Shown: piece by piece, positions 13,301-25,200 of the stretch
How the letters are laid out: each line of letters opens with the position of its first letter
Position numbering within the stretch: position 1 is the stretch's first letter
NCBI GenBank assembly: GCA_903813345.2
Contig: CAIIXF020000001.1
Coordinates: forward strand, 7,192,001-7,256,000
Reading direction: 5' to 3'
Source of the DNA: Owenia fusiformis
Taxonomy: Eukaryota
Length of the DNA stretch: 64,000 nucleotides
Notes under the pieces: generated by a model
Database searches by the model: none
What the model was told of the DNA's origin: nothing
What the model saw: the letters and a program-made list of their open reading frames with translations, nothing else
Program-made: the position numbers and the translations under genes

Positions 13301-16300
13301 GATGAAAGTAAGCGATATAGACACAGGCACCTGCACCCAACACATGTACCATACTAAACCCATTTAAACAATGTCTGAACTGATGTTGGAACAACTCAGT
13401 TCAAATTGCTAACAAATAATCATATCAACTTGTGAGGGATGTTTTCCAATGTTTAATGTTATGTTATAGTTATAAAAGGACTGATTAGTGTTAAATGTTG
13501 TTTTCCATACATGTACTGTTCTTTCAGTTACATGGAAGTTATTGATGTACATGTACATTACAAGAAGTTATTTTGAGAATGTTAAACCAGCTCCTTGTGC
13601 GATGTGCCTCTAAGAAATTATGTCCAGAAATACACCTGAAAACATTCTCATGTTAATTTCTCCCAGAATTAAAACCAATGGTCTGGCCCTAAATTTTATT
13701 TCAATATCAAAATGTGGTGATATTTATTTTGGAAAACACCCCTTTTCATATAGTTTCTAGTTGCAGAGTGCATAAAGGTGGCAAGCTAGGGGAACTAACA
13801 GATTCACTTTGTACAATAGTCTTAGTAAATCCATAGACTATCACCAGTATATGTAGCTAACCTGTACAGTGTATAATAATAACAGGTCATCCAGTCTTCA
13901 AACCATATTGCACATGTCATTGACATTATACAAAAAGAGAAGTATTGTATTATGTAAAGTGATTGAAAATTTATTTTTTCTCACATTTTACTTAATCATT
14001 GATTCCAAATTATGAATCTCTTTGATGTTGTGCTATTGTTATCCAAACAGTGAATGATCAACGATGTTGTTACATGTAGTTCACATTTAATTCTACTAAG
14101 TTTATAGACCTTAACCAATTTTTAACCAACAGGCAAAGATCTAACCAACAGGCAAAGATCTAACCAACAGGCAAAGATCTAACCAATAGGCAAAGATCTA
14201 ACCAACAGGCAAACCCCAAAAGATGCTTTTCACTGCATACCACTAGTGCTAACCACCATTAGATGTATACTAAAAAAATATAGCGATAGATGTCTAACCA
14301 TGCATATCTATTGTTTAGGTTGTTGGATGATGGCATTTGTAACGAACGTAGTATTCCAAGCATTAGTTCTATCAACCGTATCATTAGAGACAAGACTATC
14401 ATGGCTAGAAGGGGCCTATATGCAACAGAAGAGGTTTGTTAACTTCAAAATTCACTAAAGATTTCACAGAGAGTTGGAAAATAGCATCTTTATGTATGGT
14501 GCCCTCTTTAATTGGACTTCAATTCATTTTATGCTTAGAACTGCGCTGCCATCTATATAATAAAGATAATACATTTACTTTTATACAGTGGAGATCATTG
14601 TTTTGTAACTTCCCCTTATGTCTATTATAATTTATGTTCTAGTGTCAAAGAAGCAAAGGCTTGATAAGCCAGAATTGTCAATCACTTTCAAATGTTTAAC
14701 TGCTAATAAGTAAAAATTTTTGTGAAAGATTAGGCTATTCTTGAAAATCAATTTATTTAAAGAAGAAATATTTGTTCGAGATAGCATTTTAATTACTCAA
14801 CACCGATTACCAGTTTAATGGAAGTGGCCCAATGGTCAATAACCCAGATGCGAGTAGAAATAATCTTGATTTACGTCATTAAAAATTAAAAATTCAGTCA
14901 AAGTAATATCATATTTGAAATCTACATGTAAAACTACATCTAGAAATGTGGTTTTAAAAAGTGTTTATCAACTTTGAAAAATTAATTTTCTTTGAAAATG
15001 TGACTTCTAGCTCGGGGAGATTCCCCATAGACCCCATGCTATAAAATCACAAAAAATGAAATATCTTTTCTTTTAGTGGACAGATAATATTTTGCTTTAC
15101 TGGACATATTTTCATTAGTATAAGTATCAGACACATGAGGGTTATATGAAAATTGAGCCACTTAAATTGATAATATTCAAGTTTAAGGGAACTTTCTTAT
15201 ATACCTGCCATGTTAATTGACCCGAATCAGCCACCTGGTGGTGAAACTGGTAACTACTTACTCGCATTTGGGTAATTGAGAAATCATATTTAGGAAGTGA
15301 AAAATTTGTAAACATGAATCAGTTTGTTCATTCATCACTATTCAGGTAAATTTTATGAGTTGGGGGATAAAACAAAATGAAATGTCTACAACTGTTGATA
15401 TTTTGACACCATCCCTAATGGAGGTACTGTTTTGCTTGTTTCAGATGTTTGATGATCAAATCATTGAGAATGCTGCAATGAGTGCATCAATTATGGTCAA
15501 GACTGAGCTGGAAGATTACCAGAGTGACCAGAGCTTTGACAATGAGTCCTATACATCTGCTGAAGCTGACACCTCCACCAACGAGCACATGTCCATGACA
15601 GGCTTTATTAAGGTTGAACCTGAGGAGCAATCAAGCCAGGAAGCTAAAGGAGTTGAGAGGCCAGAGATCACACAGACGACTAGTAGGAGGTCACGCAAGA
15701 GTACACCGTATAAGATCTCCCTTGCAGAGAATAATGATGACGTGGCTAGTCCAAGTAAAGGAGCAACAGTTAATGGGGTTTCTCCAACTACACCCAGCCT
15801 TGTTTCTCCCAGTGTAAAAGCCAGTAGTATTGCACCTACAGTAAATGGTACTGACACCCCACGTACAAGTCAAGCAAGCCCACCATATAAATCACTGGCC
15901 ATCTCCACAGGCTCACCTACACCTCCAACGCAAGCAACCTTAAGCAGTGCATCTGCCTTGGCTGCCCAGATCAAAGCTGCCTCAGCGTCAAACATCGATC
16001 TCTCCAACACTCCTATGCAGCAGAAACAGATTCTGTTGCTCAATGGCCAGCAGTATGAAATTGTTCCCTTAGGCAACGGGATCTGGATCTCAAGGAATGA
16101 GTACATGTTGCTGCGGGAGCTACACACGGTCCAACAACAGATTGCTAACACATCCAACAAGGTGCAGAAGTTAGACAACGCCAAATCTAAATCAGCTCAA
16201 AATGATTCCAAACATAGTGAACAATTCACAAAGCTCAAAGAAAAGCCCATATTGCCACTAACTACTACAGAGCAGGCAAATAGGGCCAATAGTGTAGAAC

Positions 16301-17016
16301 AATTGAACCATCAAACTGTAACACAAAAACTTGCTAACAAACTGGCTGAGAAACTAGGCAGCCAGACCAACATTGCCAAGGCCACTGCTGACGAAACAAA
16401 CTCAGACACAGACAACTCAAACAAACGTAAAGCAGAAAACGACTCAACTGATGATGATGAACACAATGATAAACGTCAGAAAATCGCCAGTGAAAATGAG
16501 ACTATAAAGGATGAAACTGATGATGATGAAGAAAGTAATCTTGTGATAGCCGACCTTGCTGCTGAAAGTTCCCCTGCTGATTCCCCTCGGCTTATGAAGG
16601 CACTGCAGGGGGCTGCCACATACGAAGGTCTGAAGGCTTCCGATGCAAAATCTGAGCAAAGCCCAAAACAAGAAAATGATGTGGAAATGGAGAACAACGA
16701 AAACAATAATGATAAAACAGACACAACAATTGCAGTACCAGGAAAAGGTTAGTCTTAACTGATTTATGTAATGAGACTTCTGCAATGCATTTGATAATAG
16801 ATGTATCGATAAATTTAAATGAACCTTCCAAACAAGGGTTAAAACGGCATTATGAAAGGTTACCAATATAAAATATTAAATTGTTAGCAATTTTGACTAA
16901 AAATGTTTTTCATTTAGGATGTTTGGAATGGTTGTTGAGTTGTTTGGCACTTTCGGACTTTGTTCTAATATTCTGGATTTTGTTTACTTGCAGATTCTAG
17001 CGATGCTTCATCCTAG
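1331..17016 (+). CDS. Paxbeta: Paired-box transcription factor, Pax-beta-like, no recognisable homeodomain; ~740 aa main isoform. Exons: 1331-1808, 11382-11547, 11953-12090, 14319-14433 (or 13217-13307), 15445-16747, 16994-17016
   Basis: All junctions are GT/AG and phase-compatible (1,2,2,0,1). The spliced paired domain reads [127 protein letters not shown]. The [35 protein letters not shown] signature is what I recall for lophotrochozoan Pax-beta. There is an in-frame stop at 1313 upstream of ATG 1331. The last mini-exon (DSSDASS*) is less certain; read-through stops at 16752. Confidence 0.85.
5245..5258. promoter_or_regulatory. Palindromic RFX X-box (GTTGCCATGGTAAC) in Pax intron 1
   Basis: Exact match to the GTTRCCATGGYAAC consensus inside a locally GC-richer, non-repetitive block (~5170-5640). 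Function is inferred only. Confidence 0.35.
8349..8432. repeat. (ACTGT)n pentanucleotide microsatellite
   Basis: Directly visible run of ctgta units; it generates the spurious TVLYC ORFs. Confidence 0.95.
9189..9390 (+). CDS. Paxbeta: Alternative first (or cassette) coding exon of the Pax gene: MTMAVNQ...FRPIAPKDP...PPLLG
   Basis: Open frame ending in a perfect GTAAGT donor at 9391 in phase 1, the phase required by the paired-box exon at 11382. TATA-like sequence near 9075. A weak GAG acceptor at 9180 would instead give a symmetric 210-nt cassette exon. Confidence 0.6.
10393..10543. mobile_element. ~150-bp imperfect palindrome (MITE-like hairpin)
   Basis: ggtcacaattgctccgat pairs with atcggagcaaatgtgacc, gccgattgagt with actctatcggc, and ttgttcaaaattg with caatattgaacaa around a short loop. 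Confidence 0.6.
13217..13307 (+). CDS. Paxbeta: Pax duplicated exon 4a encoding the end of the RED subdomain: [30 protein letters not shown]
   Basis: TAG acceptor ending 13216, phase 2 in; GTAAGC donor at 13308, phase 0 out, or read-through to TAA at 13365-13367. Clearly paralogous to exon 14319-14433. Confidence 0.75.
14122..14213. repeat. 19-bp tandem repeat (CTAACCAACAGGCAAAGAT) x~4.8
   Basis: Units start at 14122, 14141, 14160, 14179 and 14198. Confidence 0.95.
14319..14433 (+). CDS. Paxbeta: Pax exon 4b encoding the end of the RED subdomain: [38 protein letters not shown]
   Basis: TTTAG acceptor ending 14318, phase 2 in; GT donor at 14434, phase 0 out, matching exon 15445. Contains the canonical paired-domain helix [11 protein letters not shown]. 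Confidence 0.85.
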
Positions 17017-17910
17017 GAGAGATGTATGAATGCTCCTGCTTTCCACACAGAGACTTAAACATTCGTTTTTTAGCTTAAGACAATGATATAATAAGGAATT
17101 AGTTAAGATATGGACTCTGTATGAGGTTATGGACACTTGTTGTAGAAGTATCAGTTTCAGAGGAAGATTTGGAAGGATTTGCAATTTTGCTATCTGATTA
17201 AAATATGGACAGAAGTTGATAGTTTTATAATACAATCATTGACCATTATTCACGATATTCCTGTATGACTTTTATTATCTGTTTATATGCATTTATCTGG
17301 CATTTATGCTGTTGAACAAATGAACTTTATTGAAGTTGATTTTTAAAATGGAAATATAAAGTTTAATACACTGTATGTGGTTGATGAAAGCATTTGAGTG
17401 GATCATGATAACACAAGTCATTTCCTGTTTGAGTTTATCTTAATATGTTTATGGAGATACCTGTTTAAAACAGAATATCAACTTATCATAATCATATCAT
17501 GAATTAATTACATTTCCAAATGAAGTGATCACAGACATACATGCATGCTAAAATGTATTACATTTGTGTGTATGTCCTATGCTGTCTAATGAAATTATAC
17601 ATTCTTAACTCAACAATGACATTATTTTGATATACATTAGATATATCTATTCCTTGTGTACAGTAGGAAGAATCTGCTATTGCTGGATCTACTATGAATG
17701 TTTTATAAAACAAAATGTGAAACTTGTTCCAACTAAGAGAGAGCAGGCTTTCAGTTGTGATGTTTTATTCTTTTAATATTTTAATGTCAAATCCTTTTGA
17801 TGTATTCATTGTATATATTCTAGTTGTGCCAAGTCATGGTTAAAGCTTAGGTTCTTAGCATGACAGGAGGGTACTGTCTAAAGATTTCCTACCTATCCTC
17901 ATATCTTATA

Positions 17911-18121
17911 TTATCGTATGATCTGTAAAATGAAGCCCTCTGATTGGTCAGTTCTTGTGCTGTACCAATCTTTATCGTATGATCTGTAAAATGAAGCCTT
18001 CTGATTGGTCAGTTCTTGTGCTGTACCAATCTGTATTGCTACTGAGATTGTTCCCATTGTTCATCTCCGTAGCAATACAGAAAATATTGGTACGAAGGGG
18101 AAAATCTCAGTAGCAATACAG
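17911..18121. repeat. 61-bp tandem duplication followed by a hairpin element in the Pax 3' region
   Basis: 17911-17971 is nearly identical to 17972-18031; ctgtattgctactgagatt (18030) is inverted at aatctcagtagcaatacag (18103-18121). Confidence 0.8.
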
Positions 18122-19670
18122 AATACAGAATATTTCTTAGGGATTATCTCCTAAGTAAAATGTTTTGGCGTAAGATCACACAAGAAAAACGTTCTTGTTC
18201 GTCTCATTCCAATACATAATTTCTCAAGCAGAATATATCCTGTATTGCACTTCAAATCATTCAATAACTTATAGACCATGTTTTTTAAATATTCACTTAT
18301 GGCATATTAAATGGTTTCTTCTGACAGTACCTTCATCACTTTTTCTTTTCCTAATTTCTTGTTATATAATTTGGTATTTTAAATACATGTTATATGTAAC
18401 ATATATGTTTATTGTATGAATGAATGCTGATTCGGAGTTTAATATTACATATTGTAATTTTGATTATTGTACATAGCTATTCAAATTGAGATATAGTATT
18501 TTTAAATATTGGGGTAATATTTATATATATAGAAAAGAAATGTAGATATAGTACATATAGTTAGTTAGCTTTATGTAATGGAAAGAAAAGCTCATACATC
18601 AGCAATGAAGTCAGGTAATTTTCATCAATTTAGATCAAGGCACATAGTTTTAACTCAAACTCAACATTTAATAGTAGCATCTGAAAACATTTTACAATTT
18701 GATTTTACATATTTGTGCCATTTTTATGCTTGCTGCTAAAATTATATAACACTGGTGTGTTTTAAGTCTTATATTTTGTTTTGTTTATTATTGTATTGAA
18801 GCATCTTATGTGCATCTATATGTACTGTACATGTATAGCCATATCAATACAGGTACTTTGTACACTGTGGTATACTCACTTGCATTTGAATGTGTACATG
18901 TATATACAATGACACTATTTTGAAGAGCTATTTTTAAATGATTTGTTATATTCAGCTGGAAATGTATGAAGATTTACTGACAATCCTAAACTTGAGATTT
19001 AAGGAAATATTCATGGAGTTTTTTCTTTGATGATTTTATGTTAGTTTTTATAAACAACAAGGCCCCATTTTTAACTTGCATTAAATACATACTTGCAGAA
19101 ATATAATAGTACCTCAGCATAGGGCGTGGTAACATGAAAGAATATTGTTGGAAATGAAACTCTTGATATTATGAATTATTTCATTATTGATATGTTAGTA
19201 CGATTCTAGTTTCTAGAACATAGTAAATGTACATGTTCATACTATTTGTTCTGGTACATAGTAATATGTATTAGAATTTGCTCTAGTAATAAAGTTCATT
19301 CTAGAATAGTATTTGATAAAGAGTGTAACTAATTAAAGGGGTGTTCAGAAACTTGAAGGACAAAACTGACATACAAGTAACAGTTTTATATCTCCATGCA
19401 CAAAATTCCTGGACACCCAGCACTAGTTGCATTGCTCATAGTCTCTCTGACATTACCATAGAATGAGGGCGTAAATTTTAGAAAAAAGTAGTTCTATCAG
19501 TAGGTCTATTACTTGTAATTGGATTAATAGATAATAATGAAATACACTGTACAGTCATTAGTCAAAACATCAAATTTTCTAATTAATTTCTAAATCTGAC
19601 AATGCAATGGTATTGTAATATAAGATGAAGATTGTAAATCATGAATGGATCAAATTTGTCATAAAATATA

Positions 19671-19676
19671 AATAAA
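19671..19676 (+). terminator. Candidate polyadenylation signal of the Pax gene
   Basis: AATAAA after a long AU-rich UTR-like stretch, followed by T/GT-rich sequence near 19710-19725. Confidence 0.4.
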
Positions 19677-21876
19677 TATACAAGTTTATATTAAATATGA
19701 TTTTAATTATTTTCTTCTTGTGGTTTCCATCAAACAAACAGATGAAGATATGAGACATTTAGTCAGTTACTTTTGGCCTAACACCACCTAGATATTTTCC
19801 TGATATCAGGACTGGCAATGCTATCATCTCACAATTATTGTGTTATAATATGTTACAATCAAAATGATCTGATATTCCATATAATATTGGTATAATCATG
19901 TGGCAATAATACAGCTTGTGTTTAATTTGTTATGAGGACTCCTACATAGCGCATACTGAATTAAAACAAAACAGACTAGTATTGTATTGAGACAAATCAC
20001 AGTCATGGAGTTAATTGTCATATTGTCTTACCCTACATTGGTCTCATTTGGTGATCAACTTCCTGTAAGAACCCCCACCATACCTCTATAATATGAAATA
20101 GATGACAATTGACTGTATATGCTATACAAGTGCAACGTCATACACCCCATTGGTCTCATTTGCAAATCCGCTTCCTTTTTGAAGCTTTCCACACCTCTGT
20201 GAGGGGAAGACTAAAAATTGACAGCAAGCACGAACAAGTACGGCAATCTTAATTTCATGGATCAACTGATTATGTCAGAATGTACAGGAGAATAACATGA
20301 CAAATTACCCATAATTCAGTTTTGACTCGTCACACTTTGAAAGAAAAATGGCCACCATGTAATTTACCCAGCATGCCTATATGGCTACCATATTTATCAT
20401 TTGGGAGAATAAATATGTTCCCTCCATTTTTGCACTTTGAATCCTCTGTAATTTGTATGAGATTGTAAGGAATAGATTGGTAGGTCAATTGTCAATGTTG
20501 CTTGCAATTGTGTCACTCTGTACAATTCTGATTCTGCCTAACGGAAATTAATTTCATCTAAAGATATATTAGACATTAGTCTTTTTCTGAGACTCACTTC
20601 CTTTTAGTAAATAAAGAAACAATATATTTTATTCTAATGGTGACTCAAATAATAATAACAGACATACACTTCCCATCGAACTAACAAACAAATAATTTAA
20701 TTTGTTTTTGTATATTTGTCACTTTATTACAAAAATGGGTGTCATACTTTAATCACTTCTTGGTAGATTTGTAATAAGTACATGTACAACCAATCATGTA
20801 TGACTAAATGTCACCACATGGACAGCTATTGCAAATCGTAACACATTTGTAACAATTTGTATAATTAACATAACATTTCTTTCAGCAATGTAACATTACA
20901 CTGTAAAAATACAAAAAAAGAGATGAATTACATAACTAAGTTTACAATCTAAGTCGTAGATTTGGAAATATCAAATCAGAAGGCACTTTTAATAAAATCA
21001 ACAATATGTCAGGTAACAACTTGAAAGAGAATTGACTAACATTAAAGCAGATATGAAATAGTATTTTTGACCTAAAGGAATCAATACAATTTAAAAAAAT
21101 ATATATTTGGACATGTTTTCTCATCAGTATTGTAGAAAATTATTTCACTCTTACGATTGTTACAGCTGCTTAATAAGCAATATTCGAATTAGTCATGACG
21201 TTATTGGCCCCCACGTGATCTCTCACTGGTCCCCACGTGGCCTGTTTTAGTCCATTAAATCATGATGTCATAATGCCAAGATGTTTTGTTATTTGTTAAC
21301 ACGACAATCATATGGTTGCCGTGATGTCGTGATTACCAAGGGATCAATAAACTAAAACTATATATTATGTATGACGTTACTAATCACGTGGGGGCCAATC
21401 TGATTGATCAGTTAATTTTATAATGTTATGTTTGACCATTGACAGTTGTCTAACATTTCTTTTATAATGGCTATCGCAAGAACTCTAAGTTGGGCTTACA
21501 ATGAAGAAAACCACATTTTTGTAGCTGCAAGTTAAGAAAACCTATTTCAGTTGTCCTTTATATTTTACAAAAATACCATAGTTGACGCAATAGAGTTGCT
21601 GAAACAATGGTATATAAATGATTTCAACTGGTTACTATTAATTGGCAACAACAATAACTGAATGCCCCCCCCCCTCGACTAGCAACATAATATACATAGG
21701 ATTAATATCTCCATTATGACTGAGCATTATAATATCACAAATTAGTGTTCACTAAAATGTTCATGCACCAATACACCATGCACCAATAGCAGTTGGCCCC
21801 TGAAACACTGCCACTTCTCACTGGAATACTGTACACCATATGTACATGTATATTGCACAAGCTGACTCCCAATTTA

Positions 21877-22115
21877 GAGCCAATAGGGAGATTATAAGCT
21901 ACATGTTTTAAAGAGAACTTGTACTTAAATGTATAAGTTTATGATCCCAGGGATAGCTGTCACCCTCTTAATTCATTCTTCCAGAGTTTCAACTACTTTT
22001 CTTAGCCCTTTTTACTTATTGAGCAAGTAATACTCCAAAGGGGAAAACTAATCTCCAGAGGATCGTACAAGTTCTCAAGTTAAAAAGCATGTACATTAAC
22101 ATCCCTAATAACCTC
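21877..22115. mobile_element. Degenerate inverted-repeat element (MITE-like) in the PLEKHM1 3' UTR
   Basis: tacatgttttaaagagaacttgtac (~21900-21923) is inverted at gtacaagttctcaagttaaaaagcatgta (~22065-22093). Confidence 0.5.
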
Positions 22116-22213
22116 ACATTTTACAGACATCTACCTCACATTAATTGATATTCTGAGCAAGTTTACAAGAGAAAGAATCATCCAATCAGGAAGTCGATCT
22201 GACCCAAGTTTCA

Positions 22214-25200
22214 TTATTGCGTGATAAACTGGGGCAGATACCCATAATCCATTGTATCAGGAGTCGTGATACTTTGACCTCCTGATTTCATTTGGCGTTG
22301 TTTTCTGCGTTCACACTTTGGGCAGTTTTTAGAATCTAGTTTACAGTCTTTGTGGAACACAGCTTTGCATTCTTTGCACTGAAATATGCAATCACATACA
22401 TTTATTTAGCTATGATAAATGTTATATTGCTAATTCTGTTGCTAATTGCCAATGTGCTAACTGTAGTCATGGTTAATTTAGTATTTCTAATATATTATTC
22501 TATAACCACCAAAATTCAACTTCACCTACCACAAAAGCTAGAACTTGTGACAAACATGCATGTGTTTCAAACCATATTTCCAATATGAAGTGTTACCAAT
22601 GAAGGGATGTTTAAACTAGAAAAACAGCAACTCCACAGAGTAGCAAATCCCACCGAACAAAACATGTTTTGAGAAATAGCGGCCATATAAAATTTGAACA
22701 AAATCCATCCACTGGTATTTGAGTAATCAAAGATTATGTTTTTTTATGAAACATGGTGGCCATTTTGAAATTCATCTGGCACCTTTAAAATTTCTTCTAA
22801 TAATTACAAGCAACATCTTACCTGTATGGTTATTTCCACTTCAAATGGGAAAATCACTTTAGGGGAATCACAAATCTCACAGAGGAATCCTTTCTGACTA
22901 CAAAGGGTGCAGTCATAGACATGTTTGCTGGCATATTTGATAATCTTCTTTAAACTCTGAGCAAGACCCCCATTCTGCACTTGAAGCAAATCCTGGAAAT
23001 AACAAGAAAACAACATATTTCAAAGGCTCTCACAATATCTGATTCAAGAGTTATCTTTGATAAAATGAATGAGTCTGAATCAGCGGAAGCCCTATTTAGA
23101 ATATTCATATGAACTCTTCCCCCATCCCCAAATATCCCCAGGCAGAGGTAATTAGACACAGGAAACACCATAATGACTTTAAGAGGCAAGGAGGGCATGC
23201 ATTACTTACAGCAAGAGAATACATGTGAATGTCGTTGTAAAGGTACTCCTTGGGCCAGACCCTCTTCCGTAGATCATCAGCTATAGACTGCTTGCAAGTG
23301 AATAAATATGACTTGAGAGAACTTAGTTGTGTTCTCAGCAACTGGAAATGAAAGTTGTAAAGAGAATACAGTAAAACCTGTAAAGTGGAACACCTTTGTA
23401 AATGGAACAATTTTCAAAGTCCTGTTATCCATCATTCTGATACTCAGACCACCTCTGGCAATGCACAAGGAAACTGAGAGAAGGCTGTGATATCTCGAGA
23501 TGGTTATCCATTAACTTAACGTAAAATGAACCTCTGTAAAAGAAACACCTCTGAACAAGTACTATCTAGTACCAAAGGTGTTCCACTGAAGAGATTTTAC
23601 TGAATTAAGAATGTACAGGAACACAAGAAAATTGAACTCATTCTAGAAATTATCAATGACGATGAATTTCAAATAGATTTGAAATATCTCTTGAAAACAC
23701 CTTTAGAAGACATCTTCCAGAAACAAAACTATAAATTGGCTAATTCTAATTCATTTTAATGCGCAACATATATTTATGATCACTATGAAAATGAGTATTA
23801 GACCAAAATAATAATAGAGAAAATGAATGTAACTTACTTTAATATCATTTAGTTCATTGACATGCTCATAAAGTTTAGGATTGCACTGTTGAATGTTGAT
23901 AAGAGGTTGCTCCTCAATCTCATGCAGGAAATCTTTGGTGAACTTACAAACTGCAAACAGAAACAAGGCATGAACATGTGAAATGTCACCACTTGCCATT
24001 TGTTACAGATGCTAAACGTCAATCACCAAATGCCACACCTTTCAACAAAAATCTGGAGACAATAACAATATATCTCCGCTTCTGGTGGTGACATAAAAAC
24101 TGCAGAGTAGGCCTTGATTTGGTACTGTTAAAGCTATCTAAGGGGAACACTGCTGATGAAAAAACGGTTTGCACCAAGAGGTTTTAATAGCTAGAGAGTA
24201 AATGTGAATACCTATGTTTAATTAGTCAACAGTGTATCTGGGCATTGTGTGTGTGGAGCTCAATAAATCATATCAAATTTCTTGCAAACATATAAAAGTT
24301 TTTGCAATACAAAATGAAATAAAATATTCAGTTGATGCATAATGATCTCAATGTCCTTTAAGTTTACATGCTATTTGTAATATATATATTGTAGAACCCT
24401 AGAGGGTTATAATGGTACTTGTACACTGTTACCTTCTAGGTTAAATAAAATGATTAAAAAAAAAAAATGTCCTTAAAAGTGCCTACCTTTATGTTTCCGT
24501 AGGTCCCAGTTCTGGACTATGCGTGAGGGGATTACATATTCATCATTTTCGTGGCATTCATAACAATAATAAGCACCATCATAAGAGCAAACTCTAGCGC
24601 GCCCATATACTGAAACACAATAATGTGTGGAGGAATCTAACTGGAAATGTCACAAAAACCATAAAGCCGGGAATTTTCTTTATTTAATTCAACTATTTTA
24701 ATTTATTTTTGATATTTCAATACTGTACTGTGAAAATACAAAATCAACTTGCTAACATGAAAGCAATATTGTCTTCGATATTTTAATAATGCAAAACTTA
24801 CTTATTCCTATTGGTCTACTGCAGCCCTTGCACTGGTAGTTCTGCTGGTCTAATCCTTTCTCATTACATATGTGGCCTATTACTTGAACCAGGGCCTGTG
24901 TTCGCTGGAACAAAACAATCTGAGAGATGATACACAATACAAGAAATGGAATGAAGTCTGCCATATACAGTACATTATACAACGGACATTGTTATAACAT
25001 AGAAACCATAATATACTGTATGCATTTATTACAATGTCCTGTGTCAAGCCCTTGAGACCCCTCTTCATACAGAGTGAGCCAAAAATGTAACCTAAACAAA
25101 TGTAAATAACTCAGTCACCCAGCATGGGTTTGAAATCATATTTGACAATTGAACCTTGTTCAAGTTTCATTGATTTATTCCCAGTAGTTAGGTCCAAGCT

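Noticed and set aside
15549-16866. Several antisense and alternate-frame ORFs over Pax exon 5
   Set aside because: Shadows of the coding exon with no independent motifs or splice support.
21195-21400. CACGTG cluster as a CLEAR/TFEB element for PLEKHM1
   Set aside because: It lies downstream of the stop codon, forms an inverted repeat typical of a TE remnant and lacks the full GTCACGTGAC.
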